The notes below the pieces were generated by a model, which worked only from the letters and a program-made list of their open reading frames with translations, was not told the DNA's origin and did not search any database. Of a stretch of DNA of 64,000 nucleotides, positions 11,931 to 22,422 are shown one piece after another. The position numbers and the translations under genes were made by a program. Position 1 is the first letter of the stretch. Each line of letters starts with the position of its first letter. The stretch is from contig CAVTRY010000023.1 in the NCBI GenBank assembly GCA_963737265.1, positions 485,999 to 549,998 of the forward strand, read 5' to 3'. Origin of the DNA: an uncultured delta proteobacterium (GTDB taxonomy: Bacteria > Myxococcota_A > Polyangia > Fen-1088).

Positions 11931-12081
11931 CGTGATTCCTCTGGTCCTCCGTTCCTCCCTGTTTTTCCCTCCGATCCCACCTGCGCGGGGCGAGGTGAAG
12001 CCCCAGCCCCCATTTCAGGGAAGCACCCTCACCTGCGGCCCGGCCTTGCCCATTCCACCCGGAGTGGTCTAGACATGGAGG

Positions 12082-13315
12082 ATGGGTGTCAAAACATCAT
12101 GCCGCTCCTGCGGGGGCAGCGGTCTCGAGTTGGTACTTTCCTTGGGATCCACGCCTTTGGCCAACGCGCTGGTTCGCGACCCAGCAGCGGGCCCCGAGCC
12201 TCGCTATCCGCTCGATCTCGTCTTCTGTCCGACCTGCACCCTGGTTCAAATCACCGAGACCGTTCCCCCGGAACAGCTGTTCAGCGACTACCTGTATTTC
12301 TCCTCGTTCTCCGACACCATGCTAGCGCACGCGCGCGAGTTGGTCGGCCGGTTCGTGGCCGCAGGGCAACTCGGGCCAGGTTCGCTGGCCATGGAGATCG
12401 CCAGCAACGATGGCTATCTCCTGCAGTACTACAAAGAGGCGGGCGTTCCTGCGCTTGGCATCGAGCCAGCGCGGAACGTGGCGCGCGTCGCGGTCGAAGA
12501 GCGGGGGATACCCACCCTCGCCGAGTTTTTCGATCTCGCCTTGGCGTCGCGACTACGCGCCGAAGGGAAGCGTGCCGATGTTTTGCACGCAAACAACGTT
12601 CTGGCGCACGTCGCGGACTTAAACGGTTTCGTCGCCGGCATCCGCGAGGTGCTCAAAACGGACGGCATCGCGGCGTTGGAATTCCCATACCTCGGCGACA
12701 TGATCGACAGGTGCGAGTTCGACACCATCTACCATGAGCACCTCTGCTACTTTTCCATCACCGCCCTCAAGCATCTTTTCGAACGCCACGGCCTCAAGAT
12801 CGTCGATGTCGAGCACGTCCCCATCCACGGCGGCTCACTCCTGCTGCAAGTTGGTCACCGCGACTCCCCAAGCAACCCGGGACCATCCGTTGCGGCGCTG
12901 CTCGAACGAAGAGCACCGGCGCGGGTTTGCCACCATCGACTTCTATCGCAGTTTCGCTCGGCGCGTGTTCGAGCTCAAGGAAGAGCTTTTGTCGCTCCTC
13001 GCGCGCTTCAAGCGCGAAGGCAAACGCATTGCCGCCTACGGTGCGGCGGCCAAGGGAAGCACGCTTCTCAACGTCTTCGGTATCGGTGGCGAAACGTTGG
13101 ACTTCGTCGCCGACCGCAGCACTTACAAGCAGGGGCGCTACATGCCCGGGGTGCGTATTCCCATCGTTGCGCCCGACCGACTGTGCGAAGCGAGGCCCGA
13201 CTACACGTTGCTGCTCACCTGGAACTTCGCAGAGGAGATTTTTCGCCAACAGGCGGAGTACCGCCGTTTGGGAGGACGATTCATTCTGCCCCTCCCGGAA
13301 GTGAGAGTCGTTTGA
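12082..13315 (+). CDS. NDP-hexose C-methyltransferase, one apparent frameshift near 12908
   Basis: CRSC, EIASNDG, NNVLAH, DTIYHEH, IHGGS; the C-terminus YGAAAKG...TWNF lies in ORF 12734..13315. Confidence 0.88.
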
Positions 13316-13845
13316 TCTTTTCGGACACCGCGGTCGCCGGTGCGACCTTGATTCGGCCCGAACGCCTCGATGACGAGCGAGGTTTCTTCGCCCGCACGTA
13401 CTGCGTGCGCGAACTGCGAGAACACAACGTGGATCCCCAGGTCGTCCAGCGCAGTATCTCGTACAACCGCGTGCGTGGAACGCTGCGGGGCATGCATTTT
13501 CAGAACGCGCCTTACGAGGAGAACAAGTTCGTCTCCTGCTCTCGCGGATCGATTCACGATGTCGTACTCGACCTTCGGCCAGACTCGGCGACCTACCGAA
13601 CCTGGGTCGCGATCACGTTGACGAGTCAAGGTTTCGAAACCCTCTTCGTTCCAAAGGGATGCGCCCACGGGTTCATGACCCTTTCGGACGACACGATCGT
13701 TCAGTACGACATCTCTGATTTCTTCCATCCCGAATCGTCCCGCGGCATACGCTTCGACGATCCAACTTTCGCCATCGAGTGGCCCATGGATCCAGTCGTC
13801 ATCAGCGCGCGCGATCTAGCTCTTCCACCCTACGCCAGTCCATAG
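13312..13845 (+). CDS. rfbC: dTDP-4-dehydrorhamnose 3,5-epimerase family
   Basis: DERGFFAR, GTLRGMHFQ, AHGF; TTGA overlap with upstream stop. Confidence 0.88.
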   Translation: MIFSDTAVAGATLIRPERLDDERGFFARTYCVRELREHNVDPQVVQRSISYNRVRGTLRGMHFQNAPYEENKFVSCSRGSIHDVVLDLRPDSATYRTWVAITLTSQGFETLFVPKGCAHGFMTLSDDTIVQYDISDFFHPESSRGIRFDDPTFAIEWPMDPVVISARDLALPPYASP

Positions 13846-13879
13846 CGAAAGGCACCGGCCATCGCAGTCGGCGCCTCGG

Positions 13880-14638
13880 TCATCCGCCGCGTCTTCCCGA
13901 TCCGGAAATCAGGTACCGCGCCGCGGCCCGCAACCTGCCGGCCCACTTGCGCTTCGTAGCGTTGAGGATGAACACGGGCAGTCGCTTCTGCAACTCCGCA
14001 TCCTCTTTCAGGCTGAGCCCGCCGGTGTCGTTGTAGACAGCCACCACAATATCCATGTGGCGAGCTATCAAGGCAGGATTCTGAAAACAGCGAATGTTGA
14101 GATCCCAGTCCGCCCAAATCGGATAGCGGAGGTTGTACGGACCAATGGTCGAAAAAATCTGCCGCCGGTAGAAGATGCTCTGGTGGCAGATGTTCTTCTC
14201 GAAGAGAAGCTTGTCCACATCGAACACGCCGCCGTAGCGTGAAGAGTTGCTCCGCATCTGCACATCGCCGTAGACCAACTGGCTGGTGGGATGGTCGAGG
14301 ACAAACGCGGCGATCTCTCCCAGCGTCGCGTCTTGGTAGAGGCGATCATCGGCTCCGAGGAAAAGCAGCCACTCGCCCTGCGCCTCGGCGATTGCCCGGT
14401 TCATCGCATCGTAAACGCCATCGTCCTTCGCCACCTGCACGACGAGGCGAGCGCCCAAACGAGGCTTGAAGGTCGAGATAATCTCCAGCGTCTTGTCGGT
14501 CGAGCCGCCGTCGTGTACGACAACCTCGAAGTCCTGGAAAGTTTGCCGAGCGATGCTGTCGAGGCATACGTGAATCACACGTTCCACATTCAGCGTGGGG
14601 ACGATGATCGAAAACAGGGGTTGCCCGCCCCCCCTCAC
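13880..14638 (-). CDS. GT2-family glycosyltransferase
   Basis: [34 protein letters not shown]; GTG start overlaps upstream TGA. Confidence 0.88.
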   Translation of the reverse strand: MRGGGQPLFSIIVPTLNVERVIHVCLDSIARQTFQDFEVVVHDGGSTDKTLEIISTFKPRLGARLVVQVAKDDGVYDAMNRAIAEAQGEWLLFLGADDRLYQDATLGEIAAFVLDHPTSQLVYGDVQMRSNSSRYGGVFDVDKLLFEKNICHQSIFYRRQIFSTIGPYNLRYPIWADWDLNIRCFQNPALIARHMDIVVAVYNDTGGLSLKEDAELQKRLPVFILNATKRKWAGRLRAAARYLISGSGRRGG

Positions 14639-16296
14639 GCCGCCCCACCATCCTCCGCCCCCGCCCCCTCCAGCAGCTCCCTCGCCATCAGCCGCAGCTT
14701 GTATTTCTGGATCTTGCCGCTGGCGGTGGTGGGATAGGCGTCGACGAAGAAGATGTGTTTGGGGCACTTGTAGCGGGCGATGCGGCTTAGGGCGTACTCG
14801 CGCACGTCGCCTTCGCCAAGCTCGGCGCCGGGCTTCTTGCGGATGAAGGCACCGACCACTTCGCCGTATTTGGCGTCGGGCACGCCCACGACTTGAACGT
14901 CCTGGATGCCGGGCATGGTGTAGAGGAATTCCTCGACTTCGCGCGGGTAGATGTTTTCGCCACCGCGGATAATCATGTCCTTGATGCGGCCGGTGACGCG
15001 GTAGTAGCCGTGCTCGTCGACGTAGCCGAGGTCGCCGCTGCGCAGCCAGCCGTCGTTGTCGATGGCCCGGGCGGTCTCGTCGGGAAGGTTGTAGTAGCCC
15101 TTCATCACGTTGTAGCCGCGACATTGGATTTCCCCCTGCTCGCCCGTCGCGCATTCCTTGCCGGTGTTGGGGTCGGCGATGCGAACTTCGACCTGTGGCA
15201 GCGCGGTGCCCACCGTGCCGGTGCGGCGCTCGAGATTGTCGTCGGTGCTGGTCTGGGTCATCACGGGTGACGACTCGGTCAGGCCGTAGGCGATGGTGAT
15301 CTCGCTGGCGTGCATGTCGCGAATCACCTGTTTCATGGCTTCCACCGGACAAGGCGAGCCGGCCATGATGCCCGTGCGCAGCGACGTCAGGTCGAACATG
15401 GAAAACATGGGGTGGTTCAATTCGGCGATGAACATGGTGGGCACGCCATAAAGCGCGGTACAGCGTTCTTTCTGGACGGCGGCCAAGGTCACCAGCGGAT
15501 CGAAAACCTCGATCATCACCGCGGCGGCGCCATGGGTAAGGACGGCGAGCACGCCCAGGACCAGTCCGAAGCAATGAAACAGCGGCACGGGCAGGCACAC
15601 GCGATCCGCGTGCGTGAACTTCTGGCGCTCGCCGATGAACCAGCCGTTGTTCAAAATGTTGTAGCTGGTCAACATCACGCCCTTGGGAAAGCCGGTGGTT
15701 CCCGAGGTGTATTGCATGTTGATGACGTCGTGGCAGCCGATGCCCTGGCGCGCCCGCGCGTAGTCCTCGTCGGACGCATGCTCGCCGAGCAGGAGCAGCT
15801 CGGGAATGTTGTACATCCCGCGATACTTTTCGGGTCCGAGATAGAGCAGGCTTTTGAGGCGCGGAAATCCGCCGCTCGCCAGGTAGCCGCGCGGACAGGT
15901 GAGCGATTCGGGCACCAGTTCGCGCACCACCTTGACGTAGTCCACATCGCGAAATCCGTCGACCAGCGCCAGCAGCTTCATGTCCGACTGCTTTAGGACG
16001 TGGGCCAGCTCGTGGCTCTTGTAGGCGGTGTTGATGGTCACTAGCACGGCGCCGATTTTGGCGGTGGCGAACATGAAGGTCAGCCAGTCGGGCACATTGC
16101 GCGCCCAAATGCCCACGTTGTCGCCCTTGCCGATGCCGATGGCCAGCAGGCCCTTGGCCAAGCGGTCGACGCGCTGGTTGAACTCGCCATAGCTCCAGCG
16201 CAGGTTGCGATCCGGGTACACGACGAAGTCGGCATCGGCGCGCGCGGCGACCTGCTGGTCGAAGAATTCGCCGATGGAAAGGCTGGTGTGGGGCAT
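14635..16296 (-). CDS. AMP-binding acyl-CoA synthetase
   Basis: [30 protein letters not shown]. Confidence 0.93.
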   Translation of the reverse strand: MPHTSLSIGEFFDQQVAARADADFVVYPDRNLRWSYGEFNQRVDRLAKGLLAIGIGKGDNVGIWARNVPDWLTFMFATAKIGAVLVTINTAYKSHELAHVLKQSDMKLLALVDGFRDVDYVKVVRELVPESLTCPRGYLASGGFPRLKSLLYLGPEKYRGMYNIPELLLLGEHASDEDYARARQGIGCHDVINMQYTSGTTGFPKGVMLTSYNILNNGWFIGERQKFTHADRVCLPVPLFHCFGLVLGVLAVLTHGAAAVMIEVFDPLVTLAAVQKERCTALYGVPTMFIAELNHPMFSMFDLTSLRTGIMAGSPCPVEAMKQVIRDMHASEITIAYGLTESSPVMTQTSTDDNLERRTGTVGTALPQVEVRIADPNTGKECATGEQGEIQCRGYNVMKGYYNLPDETARAIDNDGWLRSGDLGYVDEHGYYRVTGRIKDMIIRGGENIYPREVEEFLYTMPGIQDVQVVGVPDAKYGEVVGAFIRKKPGAELGEGDVREYALSRIARYKCPKHIFFVDAYPTTASGKIQKYKLRLMARELLEGAGAEDGGAA

Positions 16297-16308
16297 GGTC
16301 CGTTACCG

Positions 16309-16881
16309 TCAGGCGGGCGCGTACACCGTGCTGATGACTCGGGCGCTCGCACTGCCCACGGCCTGTGCCCGATGGGGCACGATGGAGTCGAAGTAGATGC
16401 TGTCGCCCACGGCAAGGCTGTAGGTTTCCTTGCCATACTCGACCTCGACCTGACCTTCGAGCACGTAGATGAACTCCTCGCCTTCATGGGCGGAGATTTC
16501 CTGGCTCTGGCCCGGGGTGATGGTGACCAGGAAGGGTTCCATATGGCGGGTGGATTTTCCCGACGCCAAGGCGCGGTACTCCATGGCCGGCTCAATGCCC
16601 GGCTTACCGGCATTGCGGAAGCGCGAGACGCCGGTCGCCTCGTCCCGCCGGGTCACCACCGGTCCAACCTTCTGTTCATCGTCCAGCAGGGTTCCGAGAC
16701 GCACGCCGAGAGCCCGCGCGATCTTGGCCAGCGGCGCCAGCGACGGCGCCAGCTCGCCGCGTTCGAGCTGTTCGACGAGGCCCTTGTCGCAGCCGCTGCG
16801 CGCGGCCAGCTCGTCGACGGTAAGTCCGAGGGTCGTTCGCAAGGTGGCGGTCCTGAGTCCAGCGAGGCCGGCTGCTGCCAT
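16309..16881 (-). CDS. XRE-family HTH regulator with cupin domain
   Basis: HTH (LAARSG...LERGE) plus HEGEEFIYVLEG...YFDSIVPH cupin. Confidence 0.88.
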   Translation of the reverse strand: MAAAGLAGLRTATLRTTLGLTVDELAARSGCDKGLVEQLERGELAPSLAPLAKIARALGVRLGTLLDDEQKVGPVVTRRDEATGVSRFRNAGKPGIEPAMEYRALASGKSTRHMEPFLVTITPGQSQEISAHEGEEFIYVLEGQVEVEYGKETYSLAVGDSIYFDSIVPHRAQAVGSASARVISTVYAPA

Positions 16882-17002
16882 GGCGTGTCTCTCCTGATGG
16901 GGTCTGACCGGATAATCGTATGTTCGGGGCCGAAGCGCGAGTCTCAAGTGAAGGCCAAGCCATCCCAAACCCAATGGTCGACGGAAGACGGCGGTCGCGA
17001 TA

Positions 17003-18508
17003 GTGTTCCAGGTTCCCGTGGTCAAAACCCGCTGTCTGCTGGCCTTGGCGGCCATCGTGCTCTCCGCGCCCCGCGTGCTCGCGGGACCGCTCGACGATGC
17101 ACACGTGGGCGACACCGGGTTTTCCGGACCGACCACCGGCGACCTCACCGCGGTGTACTGGAATCCGGCTGCGCTAGGGCTGCTGCAGGGCCCGCAGATC
17201 ATGATTGGCGGAGCGCTGCAGATGACATCGGTATCGGTGGCGCGCACATCGATAGATCCGGCCACCGGCGCCAATCCCGGCGCGACGACGTTCCCGACAG
17301 CCACCGGCGGCGCCACCCTGCACCCCTTTCGCTTGCCGCCTGGACCGAGCGGTTTCTTTGCCGTGGGGGCCGGCATCGGCCGGCGCTTCGGCATCGCGCT
17401 GGCCCTGTACTCGCCCTATTCGTCCAAGCTGACCATGAACCCGTCGAATCCGGCGTCCGATGGCCAGGCGCCCGCGCGCTACCACCTCGTCAGCATGGAC
17501 TTCGAGCAAATCGCAACCGCCATCGGGCTCGCCGTCCACGTGTCCGATTCGATTCAGTTTGGCGTGACCCCCGGCCTGCTCTTTCCCACCGCGCACCTGG
17601 TCTTCGACGAGGACACGGCCTTGAGCGGTCAATTAAACGGTTCCAGCGCCGGTGTCGAGAATCCTGCCAATGCGGCACGCTACGACCTGGCTTCTCACGG
17701 CATCATCGTTCCGTCCTATTTCATCGCCGGCGGGATTCATTACAGCGGCGGCCGGCTTGCGGTGGGGATCTCTTACACCAGCGCGCCGCTCGGCACGGGC
17801 GGCGCCGTCACCGTACCGATGGACAACACGCAGATCGGCCTGCCGTCCGTATCAGGTCCTGGTTTGTGCGCCGGCGCTACGACATCGACGTGTTTGTTGT
17901 CGGGCCAGGGCCAGTTGATCTATCGCTTGCCGTCCATGTACAACGCCGGTGTCACGTGGCAGGCCACCAAGACCTGGTCGGCCACCGGCATCGTGCGCTG
18001 GGTGCGCAACAGCGCGCAAAACAACATCACGGTGTTGGTCGTCGGCCCGACCTCGCAGAGCAACATCCTTGGCACCTCGGTGCCGAACCAGGTGGTCCTT
18101 TACCGCGGCCTCGCAGACAGCTTCGACCTGCGCGGGCGCGTTGTCTACACGGCCAAGAACTTTCGCGTGGGCGGCACCATGCGGCTCGAAACCAGCGCGG
18201 TGCCAGCGAGCCATGTCAACGCCGCCGCCATCGACGGCCTCAAGATCGAGCCTTCGCTGGCCGCCGAGGTCAAAGTCTGGCGCGGAATTCGCGTGAGCGC
18301 GGGCTACGCCTTCACCTGGATGTTTCCCGTCAGCACCGGTGCTTCGGTTTTCGATCCCACGGCGGCTTCAGCCTGCACCCAGGCCGGCGGCGACCTGACC
18401 AACCCCGCCTGCCAAGCGCGCCTGAACGGCCAGGCCCGGCCGAGCGCTGCGGGCGACTATCGGCTATGGCGCCAAACCGTTTCGGTGCTGACCACCTTTG
18501 GATTCTAA
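17003..18508 (+). CDS. FadL/OmpP1-family outer-membrane transporter
   Basis: Signal peptide, AVYWNPAAL motif, beta-strand pattern, C-terminal F. Confidence 0.75.
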   Translation: MFQVPVVKTRCLLALAAIVLSAPRVLAGPLDDAHVGDTGFSGPTTGDLTAVYWNPAALGLLQGPQIMIGGALQMTSVSVARTSIDPATGANPGATTFPTATGGATLHPFRLPPGPSGFFAVGAGIGRRFGIALALYSPYSSKLTMNPSNPASDGQAPARYHLVSMDFEQIATAIGLAVHVSDSIQFGVTPGLLFPTAHLVFDEDTALSGQLNGSSAGVENPANAARYDLASHGIIVPSYFIAGGIHYSGGRLAVGISYTSAPLGTGGAVTVPMDNTQIGLPSVSGPGLCAGATTSTCLLSGQGQLIYRLPSMYNAGVTWQATKTWSATGIVRWVRNSAQNNITVLVVGPTSQSNILGTSVPNQVVLYRGLADSFDLRGRVVYTAKNFRVGGTMRLETSAVPASHVNAAAIDGLKIEPSLAAEVKVWRGIRVSAGYAFTWMFPVSTGASVFDPTAASACTQAGGDLTNPACQARLNGQARPSAAGDYRLWRQTVSVLTTFGF

Positions 18509-18512
18509 GAAG

Positions 18513-19856
18513 ATGCGTCGTTGCTCTTTTCTTCTTCTGTTGCTCGCCGCTTGCGGCTCGGATCAGACGCTGGAATTCGACCTTTATCCCATCCAGCTCG
18601 CGCGGGCGCCGATACAGCCGGGCGGCGCCACCGTCGGGGGCCTCTTGGCCAAGGTGAACACTCCTACTGGCGTTGAACCGCTCCTGGTCGATTCGGCGTC
18701 TCCGCTCAACAGCCTTGGTCAGCAGGGGTGCACCGGCGCCCAGGCTCCCGGATGGACGTATACCGGCAACATCGATTTGCTCAACGGAGCGAGCGGCGTC
18801 TTGCGCGCCTCCTTCGGCAACGTTGGGCTTTTCGACATCTGCCCCGGCCCCGTCGGGGATGCGTCGGTGCAGCCCGCGGGCGTGGTGGGCGGCTCGCTCC
18901 TCGCCAACTTCTCGGTCGGACTCACCCTGCCGAGCGATCCCGCCAAGGCCGCGAGCATGACGTTGTGGCCAAGCTTCCCCGGGACCGACGACCAGCTCAA
19001 CCAAGACGGCTGGGCGACGCTGCATTTTAGTCTGCGTGGCAGCGGATCGGTGGCACAAGGCAATGGCGAGGCGTCGGTGACGCTACCCAATTCCCTCGCC
19101 GTGCTTTCTGCCTGCGCCGCCCCGCGCGCCTTCGCCACCACCGATCCACTAGAAACCTGCGCCCTCAGCGAAGTCGCCATCAAGTCGAGCGGCGAGAATC
19201 TGCTGCTCGCGGTCGGCACCGGGGAAGGCCCGCTCGTCCTCAGCCAGTCCGCCTGGGCGCGCATCGCGAATGACACGGGACTTTCACCCGACTCGGGCAC
19301 CGCGGGCGATCTTTACACACCCTTTGCGACGACGGCTGTTCAGGCGCTCTTCGTGTCCCTGCCCGGGCTGGCGATTCTACAAGGCACGACCGACAACACT
19401 TGGACCGGCGCCTGCGCCGAGTTGGCCAGCGCGCGCCGGATCGAATGGGTCCTTGCCAACCAAAAGAGCGTGGACAACCCGACCGGCACTGCGTGCTTTC
19501 AACCCTGCGACGCCAGCGGCGGCCAGGCGCTTACCACCCGCTCGTATCTCGAGCTTGGCGGCCCGTTGTTGGCGGCCGTGGTCAGCGACACCAGCGTTGT
19601 CATCACCACGCTCAATTCCGACGTGCCCGCCAATCCCGTGGTCGACGGGATCGTCGGCGCCGGCACCCTGGCGGGAACGAACCTGCGGCTAGATTATCCG
19701 GCGCAACCCAATGGGCGGGTCATCGCGGCCTGCGACAGCGCCTCGACCCGCGACACCTGCTGGGCTGCACCCAGTTGCCCGAGCCTGAGCGCGAACGGAC
19801 AGACCCACACCTGCTTCGGGCAAGATTCGCGCGGGCTGGCGCCGGTGTGTCCCTAA
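18513..19856 (+). CDS. Lipoprotein with degenerate bilobed aspartyl-protease-like fold
   Basis: Lipobox LAAC; LLVDSAS...GVVGGSLL and LAVGTG...DGIVG motifs. Confidence 0.6.
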   Translation: MRRCSFLLLLLAACGSDQTLEFDLYPIQLARAPIQPGGATVGGLLAKVNTPTGVEPLLVDSASPLNSLGQQGCTGAQAPGWTYTGNIDLLNGASGVLRASFGNVGLFDICPGPVGDASVQPAGVVGGSLLANFSVGLTLPSDPAKAASMTLWPSFPGTDDQLNQDGWATLHFSLRGSGSVAQGNGEASVTLPNSLAVLSACAAPRAFATTDPLETCALSEVAIKSSGENLLLAVGTGEGPLVLSQSAWARIANDTGLSPDSGTAGDLYTPFATTAVQALFVSLPGLAILQGTTDNTWTGACAELASARRIEWVLANQKSVDNPTGTACFQPCDASGGQALTTRSYLELGGPLLAAVVSDTSVVITTLNSDVPANPVVDGIVGAGTLAGTNLRLDYPAQPNGRVIAACDSASTRDTCWAAPSCPSLSANGQTHTCFGQDSRGLAPVCP

Positions 19857-19988
19857 CGTTGGCCCCCACCGGATTCATCCAAGCAGCTTGAAGCGCGCGG
19901 CCTCGAAGATACCTACATCATGCCGCAATGATGTATCCCAGACAAGTCGGATGGCTCCCCACCAGGTGGCGTGTCGCCGCCCCAATAA

Positions 19989-20585
19989 TCAGTCTCCAGC
20001 CGCCGACGCTTCTTCACGGCGAACGCTTTGCACCGCCCGCCAGCTTACCCACGCGAATCCCAAAACAATGAAGAGACAGCGAGACAGGTTCTTCCCCTGA
20101 TCCGCGATGAGTCGGTTCAGGTAGAAAGGAAACAGCGAATCATCGGGCTGCGCGAGCACATCGGCAGTGCTGAAAAGCAAGATGAACAGAAGGATGGGGA
20201 CAACCAGGGATACCAGCAGGACAACGTTTCTGTCCTCCACGCGCCGCTGGTCCCGCTCCTCGCGATTCTTCGCCCCGCGGGTCGAAATCTTGTCCATCAA
20301 CAAAAAAAGCGGATAGCCGAGAAGTGCGGGTCCGGGCGCCTTGTTCGAGTAGAAGTGTCGGTCGGGCGTCTGCGCCCAGTCGATGGTGTGCTGGTGGTAC
20401 TGGTCGATGCGAAAGCTGTGGTCCTCGGTCATGGCGGCAAGTGTCGCCCAGCGGGAATGGGTGTTGGTGAAACCCTCCAGGTTGACCGCACACTGGATGG
20501 CGAGAAAGAGAAGAACCCAATCGCCTGCCGGATTCGCGGCGACGCGCGCGAAAAAGCCCGGCCTCGCCTGCATCTCCTCAGGCAC
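19989..20585 (-). CDS. Hypothetical membrane protein, possibly an internally deleted GT-C-like gene
   Basis: Hydrophobic segments and an N-terminal SR...IDW...YSNKAPG segment; short for that type of protein. Confidence 0.45.
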   Translation of the reverse strand: MPEEMQARPGFFARVAANPAGDWVLLFLAIQCAVNLEGFTNTHSRWATLAAMTEDHSFRIDQYHQHTIDWAQTPDRHFYSNKAPGPALLGYPLFLLMDKISTRGAKNREERDQRRVEDRNVVLLVSLVVPILLFILLFSTADVLAQPDDSLFPFYLNRLIADQGKNLSRCLFIVLGFAWVSWRAVQSVRREEASAAGD

Positions 20586-20617
20586 GACCCAAACCGCCCA
20601 CGTGCGCGCTGCCCAGG

Positions 20618-20908
20618 CTAGCCTTTCGCTACCGCGGCTTTGTTTTCGAGCGTGGCCAGTTGGTCTTCAAGGTGCTGAATGGTGGAGCGCAGGGTGACCA
20701 CCTCTTCGTGGGTAGCCAGGCCGAAGGTGCCGGCGGCGAGGCGGCCGGCCTTGTCCAGGTTCGACTTCACCGCGCCGCCCACGCTCATGGCCTTCATCGC
20801 CGCGTTCATCAGCCGCGGATCGCTCACCAGCTTGGACACTCTCGGGTTACCCGCGAGCTTGAACGCCTGGCCAACAACCACATCCTTGATCGACTTCAGA
20901 ACCGGCAT
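20618..20908 (-). CDS. Small hypothetical coiled-coil protein
   Basis: Clean high-GC3 ORF with a heptad-repeat C-terminus. Confidence 0.65.
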   Translation of the reverse strand: MPVLKSIKDVVVGQAFKLAGNPRVSKLVSDPRLMNAAMKAMSVGGAVKSNLDKAGRLAAGTFGLATHEEVVTLRSTIQHLEDQLATLENKAAVAKG

Positions 20909-21006
20909 GATGCTCGGGTTCTGCCACGATTAGCGAGTCAGGTCAACGCGCCCCGCCCGCCGTCGTGTCGAGCGCCGTGAATTCGTGTTAGAGCGTGTCT
21001 TCGCGA

Positions 21007-22002
21007 ATGGAGATCCTGAACAGTCCCCTCGGAAAGCTCGCCATTTCGCTCGTGTTGCTCGGTGCAATCGCGCCGGTCGTGGTGTGGTTCTTTCGCGACA
21101 CCTGGAAACAGCTCGATGCCGAGGCGCTGGCGACGCGCACCCGGCACGGCAAGTCCGCGGGGCTCGACCGGCGCGTCCCGGTCACCTTCGCCCTGGGGGC
21201 GCTGTCGCTGGTGCTCATCAACTATTACGGCTCGCACGACTTCTACGACGGCACGATCCAGCCGCTCTTGCAGAGCTATGCCAACGGCCATCCCGGCGCG
21301 CTCGACATGGGCGAATATAGGGATCTCTACTGGCGCGTGTACTGGGGCCTTTCGCGCTATGCAGCCTACCTCCTGCCGCTTGCGGTGTGGCCCTGGGTGT
21401 TCAAGGAAAGCCCGCTCGATCTCGGGCTGCGCTTTCGCGGTTTTCGCGAGCACGCGTGGATCTATCTGCTGTGTCTGGTGATCGTGATTCCGACCCTGGT
21501 GGTGGTCTCGTACACGCCCGACTTCAGCCGCTACTATCCCATGTATCCCGACGCCGCCCGCTCGTGGCTCGACTTCTGGGTGTGGGAAATCATCTATGTC
21601 GGCCAGTTTCTAAGCCTGGAGATCTTCTTTCGCGGCTTCTGGCTGCGCGGCGCGCGCACGCTCGGGGTGGGCGCCATCTTCTCCATGGTTGCGCCCTACG
21701 TGATGATCCACTTCCCCAAGCCCTACCTCGAAGCCTGCGGGGCAATCGTCGCGGGGACCGTGTTGGGTTCGCTATCGATGAAGACGGGTAGCATCTGGGC
21801 CGGCTTCCTCGTCCACTCGACCGTGGCCATCTTGATGGACCTGCTCGCGCTCGACCGGCGGAGCAAACTGCCCACCCGACTCACGCCTTTCGCGCCGGCC
21901 TCGTACAAATTCGCCTACACCGCGTACGCGTTGTGGGGCGTATGGACGCTGGCCCTGGTAGGGCTGGTCATCCTGCTGCGCCGCCGACGCAAGCACCGCT
22001 GA
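21007..22002 (+). CDS. CPBP (Abi/CAAX) intramembrane glutamic protease
   Basis: EIFFRG, IHFPKP, VHS motifs; multiple TM segments. Confidence 0.85.
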   Translation: MEILNSPLGKLAISLVLLGAIAPVVVWFFRDTWKQLDAEALATRTRHGKSAGLDRRVPVTFALGALSLVLINYYGSHDFYDGTIQPLLQSYANGHPGALDMGEYRDLYWRVYWGLSRYAAYLLPLAVWPWVFKESPLDLGLRFRGFREHAWIYLLCLVIVIPTLVVVSYTPDFSRYYPMYPDAARSWLDFWVWEIIYVGQFLSLEIFFRGFWLRGARTLGVGAIFSMVAPYVMIHFPKPYLEACGAIVAGTVLGSLSMKTGSIWAGFLVHSTVAILMDLLALDRRSKLPTRLTPFAPASYKFAYTAYALWGVWTLALVGLVILLRRRRKHR

Positions 22003-22422
22003 TCGGCTAAGTAACAGGCCAACGACCGCCGGTCAGAAGACCCTGCCTGCCCTCCCGTCCCCGATCACTATCCAAGCGAGATTGTGAGAGAGCCGTTTGC
22101 ATCGAGATCGGGAACGGGAGCGCGGGCAGGGTACTGGGTGGTCGTTTACAACACCTCCGGGATTGGTGCGAAGTGCGAGAAACGCGGCCGGGACGAGAGC
22201 AGCGGCTTGCGTGCGCCACATTGCGGCCCTAGCCGTTCCATCTGACCTTCTGCCACTGCCACGTCCCTCTCCACGGAGATAAAGCTATGAGAAATCATGG
22301 TGATTGTAACCGTTGCCCTTGCTGATTTGCCTGTCCGCCAGCCACCCAATCGCCCTGTCAGGGTTTGTCCTACATTGGCGACGCGGGCGAGAATAGAGCC
22401 GTTCCGCTAGAATCGGCAAGCT

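Noticed and set aside
11931-12737. C-terminal extension of the GxxExxY protein
   Set aside because: Low-complexity Arg-rich translation overlapping the methyltransferase in another frame
12082-13845. Methyltransferase-epimerase fusion (587 aa)
   Set aside because: Artefact of the frameshift near 12908; rfbC has its own TTG start overlapping the true stop
22015-22150. Integron attC site
   Set aside because: AAC/GTT ends are present but the RYYYAAC/GTTRRRY boxes mismatch; no array or integrase
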